DNA from: Herminiimonas sp.
Lineage (GTDB): Bacteria > Pseudomonadota > Gammaproteobacteria > Burkholderiales > Burkholderiaceae_D
Assembly (NCBI GenBank): GCA_028292315.1
Contig: JAQGMO010000121.1
Location: 4,237-68,236, forward strand
Direction of reading: 5' to 3'
DNA length: 64,000 bases
Both the position numbers and the translations under genes were made by a program. Each line of letters opens with the position of its first letter. The first letter of the stretch is position 1. Below the pieces are notes generated by a model. It ran no database searches, was not told the DNA's origin, and was given only the letters and a program-made list of their open reading frames with translations. Shown here piece after piece: positions 29,051-38,810 of the stretch.

Positions 29051-30814
29051 ATGAACGCAGTTTTACAGAACAACGATCAACACAAAAGTGAAGTACGCGA
29101 CGGCATGCGCATCGACTGGGATATGCCGATTCCGATGACCGACGGAACGGTGCTGCGGTGTGACGTGTTCCGCCCGGACACCGACGGCAAATTCCCGGTG
29201 CTGCTGAGCTACGGTCCATACGGCAAGGGGCTGTCATTCCAGGAGGGCTATAAGACCGCGTGGGACCTGATGATCAAGGAGTACCCGGATGTTGCGGAAG
29301 GCTCGTCCAACAAGTACCAGAGCTGGGAAGTGGTGGACCCTGAAAAATGGGTGCCGGATGGCTATGCGTGCGTGCGCGTCGATTCACGCGGCGCCGGGCG
29401 CTCGCCGGGCGTGGCCAACCAGCATTCGCCAATCGAAACGCAGGACATCTACGAATGTATCGAGTGGGCTGGCGTGCAACCATGGTCCGATGGCAAGGTC
29501 GGCATGAACGGCATTTCATATTATGCGATCAACTCATGGCGCGCGGCGGCATTGCAGCCGCCTCACCTGGCTGCGTTTTGCGCATGGGAAGGCAATAGCG
29601 ACCGCTACCGCGAAGCCAGCCATCATGGCGGCATCCTTAGTGTGTTTGCAAAGAACTGGCATGACATGCAGGTCAAGACAGTGCAGCATGGACGCGGCGA
29701 CCGCGGCGCGAAAAGCGTGGTCACCGGCGAACTGGTTTGCGGTCCGGAGACCTTGCCGGATGAGGAGCTGGCGAAGAACCGCGTCAACATGTGGCAGGAG
29801 TTTCTCGACAATCCGCTGGATGGCCCCTACTATCGCGAGCGCTCTCCCGATTTCTCGAAAATCACCGTCCCTTTCCTGTCGGCGGCCAACTGGGGCGGCC
29901 AGGGCCTGCACCTGCGCGGCAATATCGAAGGATACATGCGCTCGGCGTCCAGCCGGAAATGGCTGGAAGTCCACGGCGGCGCGCACTGGGCCGAGTTCTA
30001 TACCGACTACGGCGTCGGCCTGCAAAAACGTTTCTTCAATTATTTCCTGAAGGGTGAAGACAATGGCTGGGACAAACAGCCCGCCGTGCAATTGCAGGTG
30101 CGCCATGTCGACAAGTTCGTCGTGCGCACCGAAAACGAGTGGCCGATCGCGCGCGCGCAGTGGACCAGGTTTTACCTCGATCCGACCAACCTTGTCCTGA
30201 CCACCACGCCACCCTCCGGCGGACAACAGAAACTGGATTATGAGGCGATGGGAGACGGCGTGACATTCATGTCGGCCCCGCTCGAAAAAGAAACTGAAAT
30301 CACCGGCCCGTCGGTATTGAAACTGAGCGTCTCGTCAGGCACGACCGACCTCGACATCTTTGCAGTGCTGCGGGTGTTCGACCCGCAGGGCAAGGAAGTG
30401 GTGTTCCATGGCGCGCTCGACCCGCATACGCCGATCGGCCAGGGATGGCTGCGCGCATCGCACCGCAAGATGGACCCTAAGCTGAGCCTGCCGTATCGTC
30501 CTTACTATACGCATGATGAATTGCAGCCCCTCGCCCCGGGACAGGTAGTGGGACTCGACATCGAGATCTGGCCGACCTGTATCGTGGTTCCTCCCGGCTA
30601 TCGCATCGCGATGACCATTCGCGGCAAGGACTATGAGTGGGACGGCCCAGCCGCCACGCTGTCGAACATGAAGAATCCGATGAAAGGCTGCGGTCCGTTC
30701 GTGCATGACGATCCCGAAGATCGTCCGATGTCGATTTTCGGCGGAAAGAACACGCTACACTTTGGCGCCGGGCACGATAATTACATTACCTTGCCAATCA
30801 TCCCGGCAAAATAA
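29051..30814 (+). CDS. CocE/NonD-family alpha/beta hydrolase (X-Pro dipeptidyl-peptidase S15-like)
   Basis: 587 aa with ..DGTVLRCDVFRP..FPVLLSYGPYGKG..RVDSRGAGRSPG.. and a nucleophile elbow GISYYA. Confidence 0.85.
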   Translation: MNAVLQNNDQHKSEVRDGMRIDWDMPIPMTDGTVLRCDVFRPDTDGKFPVLLSYGPYGKGLSFQEGYKTAWDLMIKEYPDVAEGSSNKYQSWEVVDPEKWVPDGYACVRVDSRGAGRSPGVANQHSPIETQDIYECIEWAGVQPWSDGKVGMNGISYYAINSWRAAALQPPHLAAFCAWEGNSDRYREASHHGGILSVFAKNWHDMQVKTVQHGRGDRGAKSVVTGELVCGPETLPDEELAKNRVNMWQEFLDNPLDGPYYRERSPDFSKITVPFLSAANWGGQGLHLRGNIEGYMRSASSRKWLEVHGGAHWAEFYTDYGVGLQKRFFNYFLKGEDNGWDKQPAVQLQVRHVDKFVVRTENEWPIARAQWTRFYLDPTNLVLTTTPPSGGQQKLDYEAMGDGVTFMSAPLEKETEITGPSVLKLSVSSGTTDLDIFAVLRVFDPQGKEVVFHGALDPHTPIGQGWLRASHRKMDPKLSLPYRPYYTHDELQPLAPGQVVGLDIEIWPTCIVVPPGYRIAMTIRGKDYEWDGPAATLSNMKNPMKGCGPFVHDDPEDRPMSIFGGKNTLHFGAGHDNYITLPIIPAK

Positions 30815-30952
30815 ACCAGGCGGGATTGCCGCCGGCCGCAGGGCCGCAGCGGCAACCAGCCGGGCGCCTTGCAGCGATGGCGCCCGGCTGGCCGTTCTTT
30901 CAGCTTGAAGAAAATATTCGGGCAGGTCTGCGCCTGCGCCAACGCCCGATGG

Positions 30953-32044
30953 TCAACGGCCGAGCGCCTGATTGACGCGCGGGATGACCTCCGTCGCCAT
31001 GAGCTCCATGGAGCGCTTGCCAAGCATCGGGTCGATCCAGTCATGACACGCATACAGGAGCGTGCCAAAGTCCCCTATCTGGTCGCGGAACGCCAGCAGC
31101 CGGTCGACCACTTCGCTCACGGTGCCCGCTATCACGAGCTGATCCAGCGCATATTCCAGGGTAATTTCCGAATCCGGCATGGATTGATCGGGCTTGAACA
31201 GGTTGGAGCGTCCGTTGCTGCCGATGAGCTTGCGCATCAACTGCTTGAAATAGAATGCATAGGGCCCGTTCAAGCCTTTGCCATACTCCCTGGCGTCACG
31301 ATCGTTGTCGGCCACGAAAATACTTTTCGCAACCCGCCAGTGTTCAGGACTGGCCGGCAGATCGACGGCATTACAGCCCTCGACATATTTTGGCCAGTGG
31401 CTGGCCACCCACTTCGGAAGCAGGAAATTTGCCGAGATCGGATGCCAGCCGCGCTTGGCGGCTTCCGTCACGCCCTTGGAAAACGGGGCGACCGCCGTTA
31501 CGGCAATCGGTGGATGCGGACGCTGAAATGGCTTGGCGATACGGCCCTGGCCGATCTCGTCAATCATGGTCTTCGCGGTCGACACGGTCCAATACTTGCC
31601 AATCAGGTCGTACGGCGGATCCTTCTCCCAGATGTCGAGAATCATGTCCATCGATTCGACCAGCATCTCGGTGCGGTCCTTGCCCAGATTGCCGAAGACT
31701 TCAACGTCCGACATCAGACCACCCGGACTGATGCCGAAAACGAACCGCCCTTCCAGCATATGATCGAGCATTGCCACCTGTGCGGCCACCATCGCCGGAT
31801 GCGTGTTCGGCAGGTTTACCGTGCCGGTGCCAAGGTGAATGGACTTTGTTTCATAGGCGAGGCTGGCCAGGAATGCCACGCATGAGGAAATCGGTTCTGC
31901 CGCATCGGTCACATGTTCGCCAACGAACGCTTCGCAAAAGCCGAGACGATCCGCGAGTAGCACCGCTTCACGGTCTTCCCGCAGTGTTTCTACCAGGAGG
32001 CGGCTCGGCGGATGCAACGGCATCATAAACATTCCCAGCTTCAT
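30953..32044 (-). CDS. LLM-class (luciferase-like) flavin-dependent monooxygenase
   Basis: 363 aa: MKLGMFMMPLHPP..LGFCEAFVGEHV.., typical of the luciferase-like monooxygenase family. Confidence 0.85.
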   Translation of the reverse strand: MKLGMFMMPLHPPSRLLVETLREDREAVLLADRLGFCEAFVGEHVTDAAEPISSCVAFLASLAYETKSIHLGTGTVNLPNTHPAMVAAQVAMLDHMLEGRFVFGISPGGLMSDVEVFGNLGKDRTEMLVESMDMILDIWEKDPPYDLIGKYWTVSTAKTMIDEIGQGRIAKPFQRPHPPIAVTAVAPFSKGVTEAAKRGWHPISANFLLPKWVASHWPKYVEGCNAVDLPASPEHWRVAKSIFVADNDRDAREYGKGLNGPYAFYFKQLMRKLIGSNGRSNLFKPDQSMPDSEITLEYALDQLVIAGTVSEVVDRLLAFRDQIGDFGTLLYACHDWIDPMLGKRSMELMATEVIPRVNQALGR

Positions 32045-32201
32045 GAACCACTCCCGGTAAAAAATCGTTCGATCACTTTAATGTAATGCATTTCTATTTG
32101 CAAGAATGTTGTCGAAAACTTGACGGGATAATTGTCGCTTGACACAGCGACCCCGCTCGGTGACCATACTAATAATCGCTTGCTAATTAAGGGATCCTTT
32201 C

Positions 32202-33455
32202 ATGAATAAATTCGCGACCTCCCATCAGGCTGCGCGTCCGGAACAAACCCTGGCGCTGAACATGAAACTGCTTGCGCATCATGAACTGGCCGGCTTCGGG
32301 GGGTTGGGCGAAGGCATCTCGATGCAGCAGACCAGGGATGGCCGCCGCATACTTTGGCTAGCTCATGAATCGGCGCCCAAGAATTTTTCCGGCGTCGATG
32401 TCACCGATCCGCGCAATCCGCGCCTGGTCGTGCAGACTGAGCTGCCCCACATGAAAATGCGCTCCAATTCGCTCGATGTGGTGGGCGATATCATGGCGGT
32501 GGCTTATCAGACCAGCGCGGTGAACATGCAGCCGGCCGGCATGGATTTATTCGACGTCAGCGAGCCGGAAACGCCGCGCCTGATTTCACACTTCGACTGC
32601 TCCGGACCTTATTCGCGCGGCGTGCATGCGCTCTGGTTCGTCGACGGCCGTTATGTTCACATGGCTTCCGGCGCGCCGGATTTCCAGCCGCGCAACCCGC
32701 TCGACGATCAGTTCTACCGCATTATCGATGTCGCCAATCCATCGAAGCCGGTGGAAGCCGGACGCTGGTGGTTGCCGGGCACGCGCGAAGGCGATGAAGC
32801 GCCACCGCCGCCACGCCTCGCGCCGCAATTCGACACCGGCTTTCGAACCCACAACACCAATGTGTTTCCCGAATGCCCCGACCGCGCGTTCGTCGGTTAT
32901 ATCGATGGCGGCGCGGTGGTGCTCGACATCGGCGACATGTCGAATATCAAGGTCGTGTCGAAGTGGAACCATTCGCCGCCTTTCAACGGTTTCACGCATA
33001 CCGTGCTGCCCTTGTTCAACCGCGGCCTGTGGGTCGTCACGGACGAGTGCGTGCAAGACGGCGGCGCCGACTGGCCCAAACTGGTATGGATGCTGGATGC
33101 GCGCAGCGAAGCCAATCCGGTGCCGATCGGGACTTTCCCGGCGCCGCCGTACGACGCATTTGCCAAGCGCGGTGGCCGCTTCGGCGCACACAATGTGCAC
33201 GAGAACATGCCGGGACCGGTGTCCTTCCGTTCCGATACGATCATTATCGGCACATTTTTCAATGCCGGGGTGCGTGTGTATGACACCAGCAATCCGTACC
33301 AGGTGCAGGAAATCGCTTATTACGTTCCCGGCGCGCCCAAACTCTCGCCCGCCGGCGCGGTGCAATTGAACGACGTGTATGTCGACGACCGGCGTATCGT
33401 CTACACCGTGGATCGCTTTACCGGCGGCCTGTATATCCTCGAAATGAACATTTGA
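32202..33455 (+). CDS. LVIVD-repeat beta-propeller protein
   Basis: 417 aa with recurrent hydrophobic-x-D-[VI]-S/A-N-P-x-x-P units (VDVTDPRNPRL, LFDVSEPETPRL, IIDVANPSKPV, VVLDIGDMSNIKV, RVYDTSNPYQV), characteristic of LVIVD repeats. Confidence 0.65.
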   Translation: MNKFATSHQAARPEQTLALNMKLLAHHELAGFGGLGEGISMQQTRDGRRILWLAHESAPKNFSGVDVTDPRNPRLVVQTELPHMKMRSNSLDVVGDIMAVAYQTSAVNMQPAGMDLFDVSEPETPRLISHFDCSGPYSRGVHALWFVDGRYVHMASGAPDFQPRNPLDDQFYRIIDVANPSKPVEAGRWWLPGTREGDEAPPPPRLAPQFDTGFRTHNTNVFPECPDRAFVGYIDGGAVVLDIGDMSNIKVVSKWNHSPPFNGFTHTVLPLFNRGLWVVTDECVQDGGADWPKLVWMLDARSEANPVPIGTFPAPPYDAFAKRGGRFGAHNVHENMPGPVSFRSDTIIIGTFFNAGVRVYDTSNPYQVQEIAYYVPGAPKLSPAGAVQLNDVYVDDRRIVYTVDRFTGGLYILEMNI

Positions 33456-34513
33456 TCGTCGGCCTCATGCATAGCGAACGTGATCCGCTTGCCGGCAAAA
33501 TACCCGTGACCTTGATTACCGGGTTCCTCGGCAGCGGCAAAACAACCCTGATCAGCCGCCTGCTGAAACATCCCGACATGGACCGGGCCGCGGTTGTCAT
33601 TAACGAGGTCGGTGAAATAGGCATCGACCATGATTTGGTAGCCATGTCGTCCGAGAACGTCACCCTGCTCGCCAACGGCTGTTTGTGCTGTACCGTGCGC
33701 ACCGATCTGCAGGATACGCTGCGCGAGCTGTTTGGCCAGCGGCGCGCGGGCCAGGTTCCGGACTTTGACCGGGTGATTGTGGAAACCACCGGCCTCGCCG
33801 ACCCGGCTCCGGTGATACAGACACTGCTGAGCGACACCATGCTCGCGGCGCAATACCGGCTTGACGGCGTAGTGACGCTGGTCGATGCTGTCAATGGTCT
33901 GGGGCAGATCGCGCAGCAGCCCGAAGCGGAAAAGCAAATCGCCTTGGCTGACCGCCTTCTGCTCACCAAGTGCGACCTGGCAACGCCGGACGACATTACC
34001 GGCCTGACGGCCGGCATCCGCGCCATCAACCACCTGGCCGACGTCGCACAGGTCTCGATGGGAGAGATCAATCCGTCCGAACTGACCGGCCTGGGTTTAG
34101 CCAGTGCGAAAGCCGGCGCCGCCACGCTGCGCTTTCTGGGCGAGAACCTGGTGGCGCGCGGCGACCCGCCCGAACGCTATCTGGGCGAGCAAATCAGGCC
34201 CCGGCATGACCCGCGGGTGAGCACGCTCTCGCTGCGCTTCGATACGCCATTCACCTGGGAGGCATTTTCCGGCGCGATGGAATTGCTGACGTCGATGCGC
34301 GGGCCGGATCTGCTGCGGGTAAAGGGCATCGTCAATGTCGCGGGCGAACCGGTGGTGGTGCAATGCGTGCAGCATATCTTTCATCCGCCGGTACCGCTGG
34401 ATCGCTGGCCCAGCGACGACACCGGCACGCGGCTGGTGTTTATCACGCGCAACATCAACGCAGCGGCGATCAATGGGCTGTTTGCGGCAGTGGGAGCAGT
34501 CGCCGCACGGTAA
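33452..34513 (+). CDS. COG0523/CobW-family G3E GTPase (metallochaperone)
   Basis: 353 aa with P-loop ITGFLGSGKTTL and the metal-binding GCLCCTV (CxCC). There is a 4-nt overlap with the LVIVD gene. Confidence 0.9.
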   Translation: MIVGLMHSERDPLAGKIPVTLITGFLGSGKTTLISRLLKHPDMDRAAVVINEVGEIGIDHDLVAMSSENVTLLANGCLCCTVRTDLQDTLRELFGQRRAGQVPDFDRVIVETTGLADPAPVIQTLLSDTMLAAQYRLDGVVTLVDAVNGLGQIAQQPEAEKQIALADRLLLTKCDLATPDDITGLTAGIRAINHLADVAQVSMGEINPSELTGLGLASAKAGAATLRFLGENLVARGDPPERYLGEQIRPRHDPRVSTLSLRFDTPFTWEAFSGAMELLTSMRGPDLLRVKGIVNVAGEPVVVQCVQHIFHPPVPLDRWPSDDTGTRLVFITRNINAAAINGLFAAVGAVAAR

Positions 34514-34719
34514 TCCGCCTGGTCCGGTGCCACATATTGCAATCCGGGGTGTCGCGAAAAAATTCACCGATAGCGCTTGGCGCGCCGGGCCGGGTGATTG
34601 GGAGATATAATTTACGGCTTATCATTCATAGACCTTTCCAATTGCCTAAGAAATCGCCTGCCGCTCCGCGCTCGTCCAAGGTTGCGGCGGAAACCGAACT
34701 TGCTCCCGTGGCCTTGCGC

Positions 34720-35388
34720 ATGCTGCCCGAGCAACGGGAAAAGTATATCCTTGAAGGGGCGATAGCATTCTTTTCCGACGTCGGATTTTCTGGACAAACC
34801 CGTGAATTGTCGCGCCGCCTGGGTATTACCCAGCCGCTTCTATACCGCTATTTTCCATCCAAACAAGTATTGATCGACCGTGTTTTCGAACAGGTTTTTC
34901 TCGGCCGGTGGAATCCGCAATGGGTCAGGTTGATCCAGGATGGCAAAGTGCCGCTGCGCGAGCGTCTTATTGAGTTCTATCGGCAATATGCAGCCGTTAC
35001 TTATCAACCCGAGTGGATCCGGCTCTACATGTATGCGGGGCTTGCGGACACCGGCATCAATAAACGCTATCTTGAACTGATCGAGACCGAGTTCCTGAGC
35101 GCGCTTTGCATCGAACTGCGCCGCTACTGCGGTATTAAAAAGAGCGCCGCCGCGGTGTCGCACGAGGAAATCGAATTTGCATGGAGCCTGCATGGCGGCT
35201 TGTTTTATTATGCGGTTCGTCACTTCGTCTTCGGGTCCAGCATCAATGTCGATTTCATGTCCAATGTTGCGCTGACTGTCGATAATTTTCTTGCGGGAGT
35301 GCCGAGCACCTACCCGAGCCTACTGTCGCGGCCGTCCACCCGTACCGCCACGGCGCGCCGAAAAGCCAAGCCGGCCGGCAAGGCGTAG
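34720..35388 (+). CDS. TetR-family transcriptional regulator
   Basis: The track ORF 34363..35388 over-extends into cobW. The first ATG, 34720, gives MLPEQREKYILEGAIAFFSDVGFSGQTRELSRRLGITQPLLYRYFPSK (TetR HTH). An earlier TTG/GTG start is possible. Confidence 0.8.
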   Translation: MLPEQREKYILEGAIAFFSDVGFSGQTRELSRRLGITQPLLYRYFPSKQVLIDRVFEQVFLGRWNPQWVRLIQDGKVPLRERLIEFYRQYAAVTYQPEWIRLYMYAGLADTGINKRYLELIETEFLSALCIELRRYCGIKKSAAAVSHEEIEFAWSLHGGLFYYAVRHFVFGSSINVDFMSNVALTVDNFLAGVPSTYPSLLSRPSTRTATARRKAKPAGKA

Positions 35389-35572
35389 AAGGCCGGCCAC
35401 AATCCGGTTGCCCTGAGGTCTTCAGCCTCGGACCAAACAATTTTCGCTATAAGGATACTCCGTGGGCGAGCACGCGCAGCCGCCGCGGCTGGCCAACCAG
35501 GTCGCCCGAAACTTGCCATTTACCGATTGATCAATTACAGTCGAATGAGTCCTGTCCGCATCGAGGAGCAAA

Positions 35573-36031
35573 ATGGGAATTCGCAAACTTGGACATTATT
35601 CGATTCGCACCACCGATCTGGAGGCGTCGCGCCATTTCTATACCAGGGTGCTTGGCTTCAGGGAAGGTTATCGGCCGGAGTTCAAATTTCCCGGACTCTG
35701 GCTTTACATGGGAGGCGATGAAACGGATTTCGGCACGGTTCATATCATCGGCATCGACCCGAACGATCCCCAGGGACTCATCGATTACCTTGGCGACAAG
35801 TCGCTTGATAGGCTGAAGGGCACCGGCACGGTCGATCATATTGCATTCCTGGCCGACGGGCTCAAAGAGATGCGGGCCAGGCTATCGGCCATGAACATAC
35901 CTTTTACAGAAAGAACGGTTCCGTCGGTCGGTTTGCATCAGCTCTTCGTTATCGACCCCAGCGACGTCACAATCGAGCTGAACTATCCCGCCGCCGAGGC
36001 GGCGAACCTGGATCAGGCAAAAATTTTATAG
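35573..36031 (+). CDS. VOC-family (glyoxalase/extradiol dioxygenase fold) protein
   Basis: 152 aa: KLGHYSIRTTDLEASRHFYTRVLGF.. and ..VDHIAFLADG.. Confidence 0.8.
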   Translation: MGIRKLGHYSIRTTDLEASRHFYTRVLGFREGYRPEFKFPGLWLYMGGDETDFGTVHIIGIDPNDPQGLIDYLGDKSLDRLKGTGTVDHIAFLADGLKEMRARLSAMNIPFTERTVPSVGLHQLFVIDPSDVTIELNYPAAEAANLDQAKIL

Positions 36032-36038
36032 GAAGTCA

Positions 36039-37241
36039 ATGAAGCGTGTCTTGGTAATCGGCGGTTCTTTAGGTGGTTTGTTTGCGGCTAACCTGCTGCA
36101 CCGGGCCGGGTGGGACGTGCAAATATTCGAACGGGTTGCAGACGAGCTGGCGGGACGCGGCGCGGGCATCGTGACCCACCCGGCATTATTTCAGACGCTC
36201 GAGAAAATCGGCATCCCGGTCGACGAAGGGATCGGTGTCCAGGTAATGTCGCGGGTGACGCTGGACCGGTCCGGCGAAGCTGTGGGACGGTATGATTATC
36301 CCCAGATTCTGACTGCGTGGGGCCGGCTTTATTTCCTGTTGAAGCAGGCCCTCCCCGCCCAGCGTTACACAAGCGGAAAGCATTTGGTCTCGGTGGACCA
36401 GGAACCAGGCCGGGTGATCGCAAGGTTTGCCGATGGATCGGTCGAAGAAGCAGATTTGCTGATCGGCGCCGACGGGATCCGCTCCACGGTGCGCGCCCAG
36501 TTTGCGCCCGAAACCAAACCCCAATATGCCGGATATGTCGCGTGGCGCGGACTTGTCGAAGAATGCGAGTTGTCGCCGCACACCCATCAGACGCTGTTTC
36601 CGCACTTCGGGTTTTGCCTGCCCCCTCATGAACAAATGTTGGGCTATCCGGTAGCCGGCGCGAATAACGCCATGGAGCCGGGACGGCGCAGATTCAATTT
36701 CGTCTGGTACCGCCCGGCGGATGACACGGAGCTTGCGCGCCTATGCACCGACGAAAGCGGCAAGGTCCATGAAAATGGCATTCCACCGCCTCTGATCAGG
36801 GCATCCGTGATGGCGGAGATGCGTGCCGCCGCAGACGCGATTCTGTGTCCCCAGTTTGCCGAAATAATTGCCCGGACGGCGCAGCCGTTCTTCCAGCCGA
36901 TCCATGATCTTGAATCGCCAAGCCTGGTATTCGGACGAGTTGTTCTGCTAGGCGACTCAGCATTCGTGGCACGTCCTCACTGCGGTATGGGCGTGACAAA
37001 AGCGGCAGACGATGCGGTTGCCCTCACCGACCTGTTGAATGAATTCGACATTGATCAAGGGCTGAAGCGCTACGATGTTACGCGGAAGCCGGGCGGCGCG
37101 CGGATCGTAACCCATGCGCGTCATCTGGGCGCGTACATGCAGGCCCAGCAACGCACGGAACACGAGCGGGAGATGGCGGAACGTTATCGCACGCCTGAAG
37201 CCGTCATGAAAGAGACCGCCGTTACGCTCTCGTTCGATTAA
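36039..37241 (+). CDS. FAD-dependent aromatic-ring monooxygenase (salicylate / 2,6-dihydroxypyridine hydroxylase-like)
   Basis: 400 aa with the dinucleotide fold VLVIGGSLGGLFAANLL, DLLIGADGIRS and LLGDSAF. Confidence 0.85.
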   Translation: MKRVLVIGGSLGGLFAANLLHRAGWDVQIFERVADELAGRGAGIVTHPALFQTLEKIGIPVDEGIGVQVMSRVTLDRSGEAVGRYDYPQILTAWGRLYFLLKQALPAQRYTSGKHLVSVDQEPGRVIARFADGSVEEADLLIGADGIRSTVRAQFAPETKPQYAGYVAWRGLVEECELSPHTHQTLFPHFGFCLPPHEQMLGYPVAGANNAMEPGRRRFNFVWYRPADDTELARLCTDESGKVHENGIPPPLIRASVMAEMRAAADAILCPQFAEIIARTAQPFFQPIHDLESPSLVFGRVVLLGDSAFVARPHCGMGVTKAADDAVALTDLLNEFDIDQGLKRYDVTRKPGGARIVTHARHLGAYMQAQQRTEHEREMAERYRTPEAVMKETAVTLSFD

Positions 37242-37309
37242 CGAAAACCTCTAGAAGCCTGCGCTGAATCCATTACGTCAGCGCGGCGAACTGCTGATAC
37301 GCGGGGACC

Positions 37310-38392
37310 CTAACGAGGCGCCTTGATCTTCAATAGCTTCATCGCGTTCAAACCTTCGATCTGCTGGCGATCGGCTTTCGAAAGACGCTTGACTTGCGCG
37401 AGCAGGCCGCGCGGATCATCTTCGCCCATGTCGTAAGGATAGTCGGTGCCGAGCAGCACATGATCGGCGCCGAACCGGTCGATGAGGCGCTTGAGCATCT
37501 CGGGATCGAACGTAATCGTATCGAAATAAAATTTCTCGAGATAGGTAGAGGGCGCGCGCTTGATCACCGTGCGGCAATCGGGACGTACGCGCCACGCATG
37601 GTCCATGCGCGCCCAGTAATTGGCGATGAAGCCGCCGCCGTGCGCCGCAATGAACTTGATCTTGGGATGGCGCGCAACAACCCCGTCGAAGATCAGGTGA
37701 CTGACGGCGACTGTAGTGTCAAGTGGATTGCCGATGACGTTATTAAAATAGTGATTGGTCATGCGGCTGGCTTCGGTATAGCCGAGCGGATGCATGAAAA
37801 TCACCGTGCCGAGTTCATTTGCCTTGGCAAAAAATTTTTCCAGACCCAGTCGCGGATCAGTGAGATTCATGCCGTTGACATTGGTATTGATCTCGATGCC
37901 GCGCAATCCCAGGACCTTGGTGGCATACTCGAGCTCACGGATTGCCAGCTCCGCATTTTGCAACGGCACCGATCCAAGTCCTGCCAGACGATCCGGATGC
38001 GCGGCTACCAGCTTGGCAATGCCTTCATTCACATCGCGCGCCAGACCGGCGCCAACGTCCGGTTCGGTGAAGTAGAAAAACTGGTAAGGCGCCGGGCAAA
38101 CCGCCTGGATGTCGACGCCCATTCTGTCCATGTCCCTGATGCGCTGGTCAATGTCGATCAGCTTGGGCGCCCGATCCTTCATCTGCCTGACATTGGTTTC
38201 GCGTGTCAGCTCGTTGGCAAATATGGTGGTCGGATCGTAGTCGGCAGGCCTGAGGTCAGTGGTTTTGGCACTGATTTCAGGGTTCAGGTAGTGGCAATGA
38301 ATGTCCACCACCTTGGCCTTGCCGCGCGCATCGCGCGCGACCGGGCGCACCGGTTTTGCCGCGACCGTGCGCGAACTGACGGCCCTGGCCAT
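37310..38392 (-). CDS. amidohydrolase-2 family enzyme (ACMSD / hydroxybenzoate decarboxylase-like)
   Basis: ..VVDIHCHYLNPE.., ..FMHPLG.., ..AAHGGG.., ..LLGTDYPYDMGE. The start is uncertain: ATG 38392, 38476 or 38536 are all open. Confidence 0.8.
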   Translation of the reverse strand: MARAVSSRTVAAKPVRPVARDARGKAKVVDIHCHYLNPEISAKTTDLRPADYDPTTIFANELTRETNVRQMKDRAPKLIDIDQRIRDMDRMGVDIQAVCPAPYQFFYFTEPDVGAGLARDVNEGIAKLVAAHPDRLAGLGSVPLQNAELAIRELEYATKVLGLRGIEINTNVNGMNLTDPRLGLEKFFAKANELGTVIFMHPLGYTEASRMTNHYFNNVIGNPLDTTVAVSHLIFDGVVARHPKIKFIAAHGGGFIANYWARMDHAWRVRPDCRTVIKRAPSTYLEKFYFDTITFDPEMLKRLIDRFGADHVLLGTDYPYDMGEDDPRGLLAQVKRLSKADRQQIEGLNAMKLLKIKAPR

Positions 38393-38810
38393 CCGGGCAG
38401 TCTTATCGGCCGCCGAAGTCCGTGGTCCGTGATTATGGCGTGGATCAATACATTCAGGCGCGCAAGTGTAGAGCATGGATATCCCGATCGGTTGGATTAA
38501 AAATGGCGTTGGATGAAATACGCCGGGTCGCTTCATACCTCGCCCAGGGCCGGCATACGCAACTGATCATGAGACCGCTATCCATGGCGAGCAGCGCATG
38601 GCTTTCTGTGCTGACTTGCGGGCGCGGCTCGCCGATCGCAGCTCAATGCAGCTCCGTCATCTTGCGTCTCCTGTGCTTTTATTTGTTATTTATCTAGCGA
38701 TCAGTTTAATGTATGCTGATAGATAAGAAAGTCCGTGTCAACGATTTTGTTTTGCTTGAGGAACAAGCCGGAAGCATAAATTTGCGCCGACCATAACGAC
38801 AGGAGACCGC

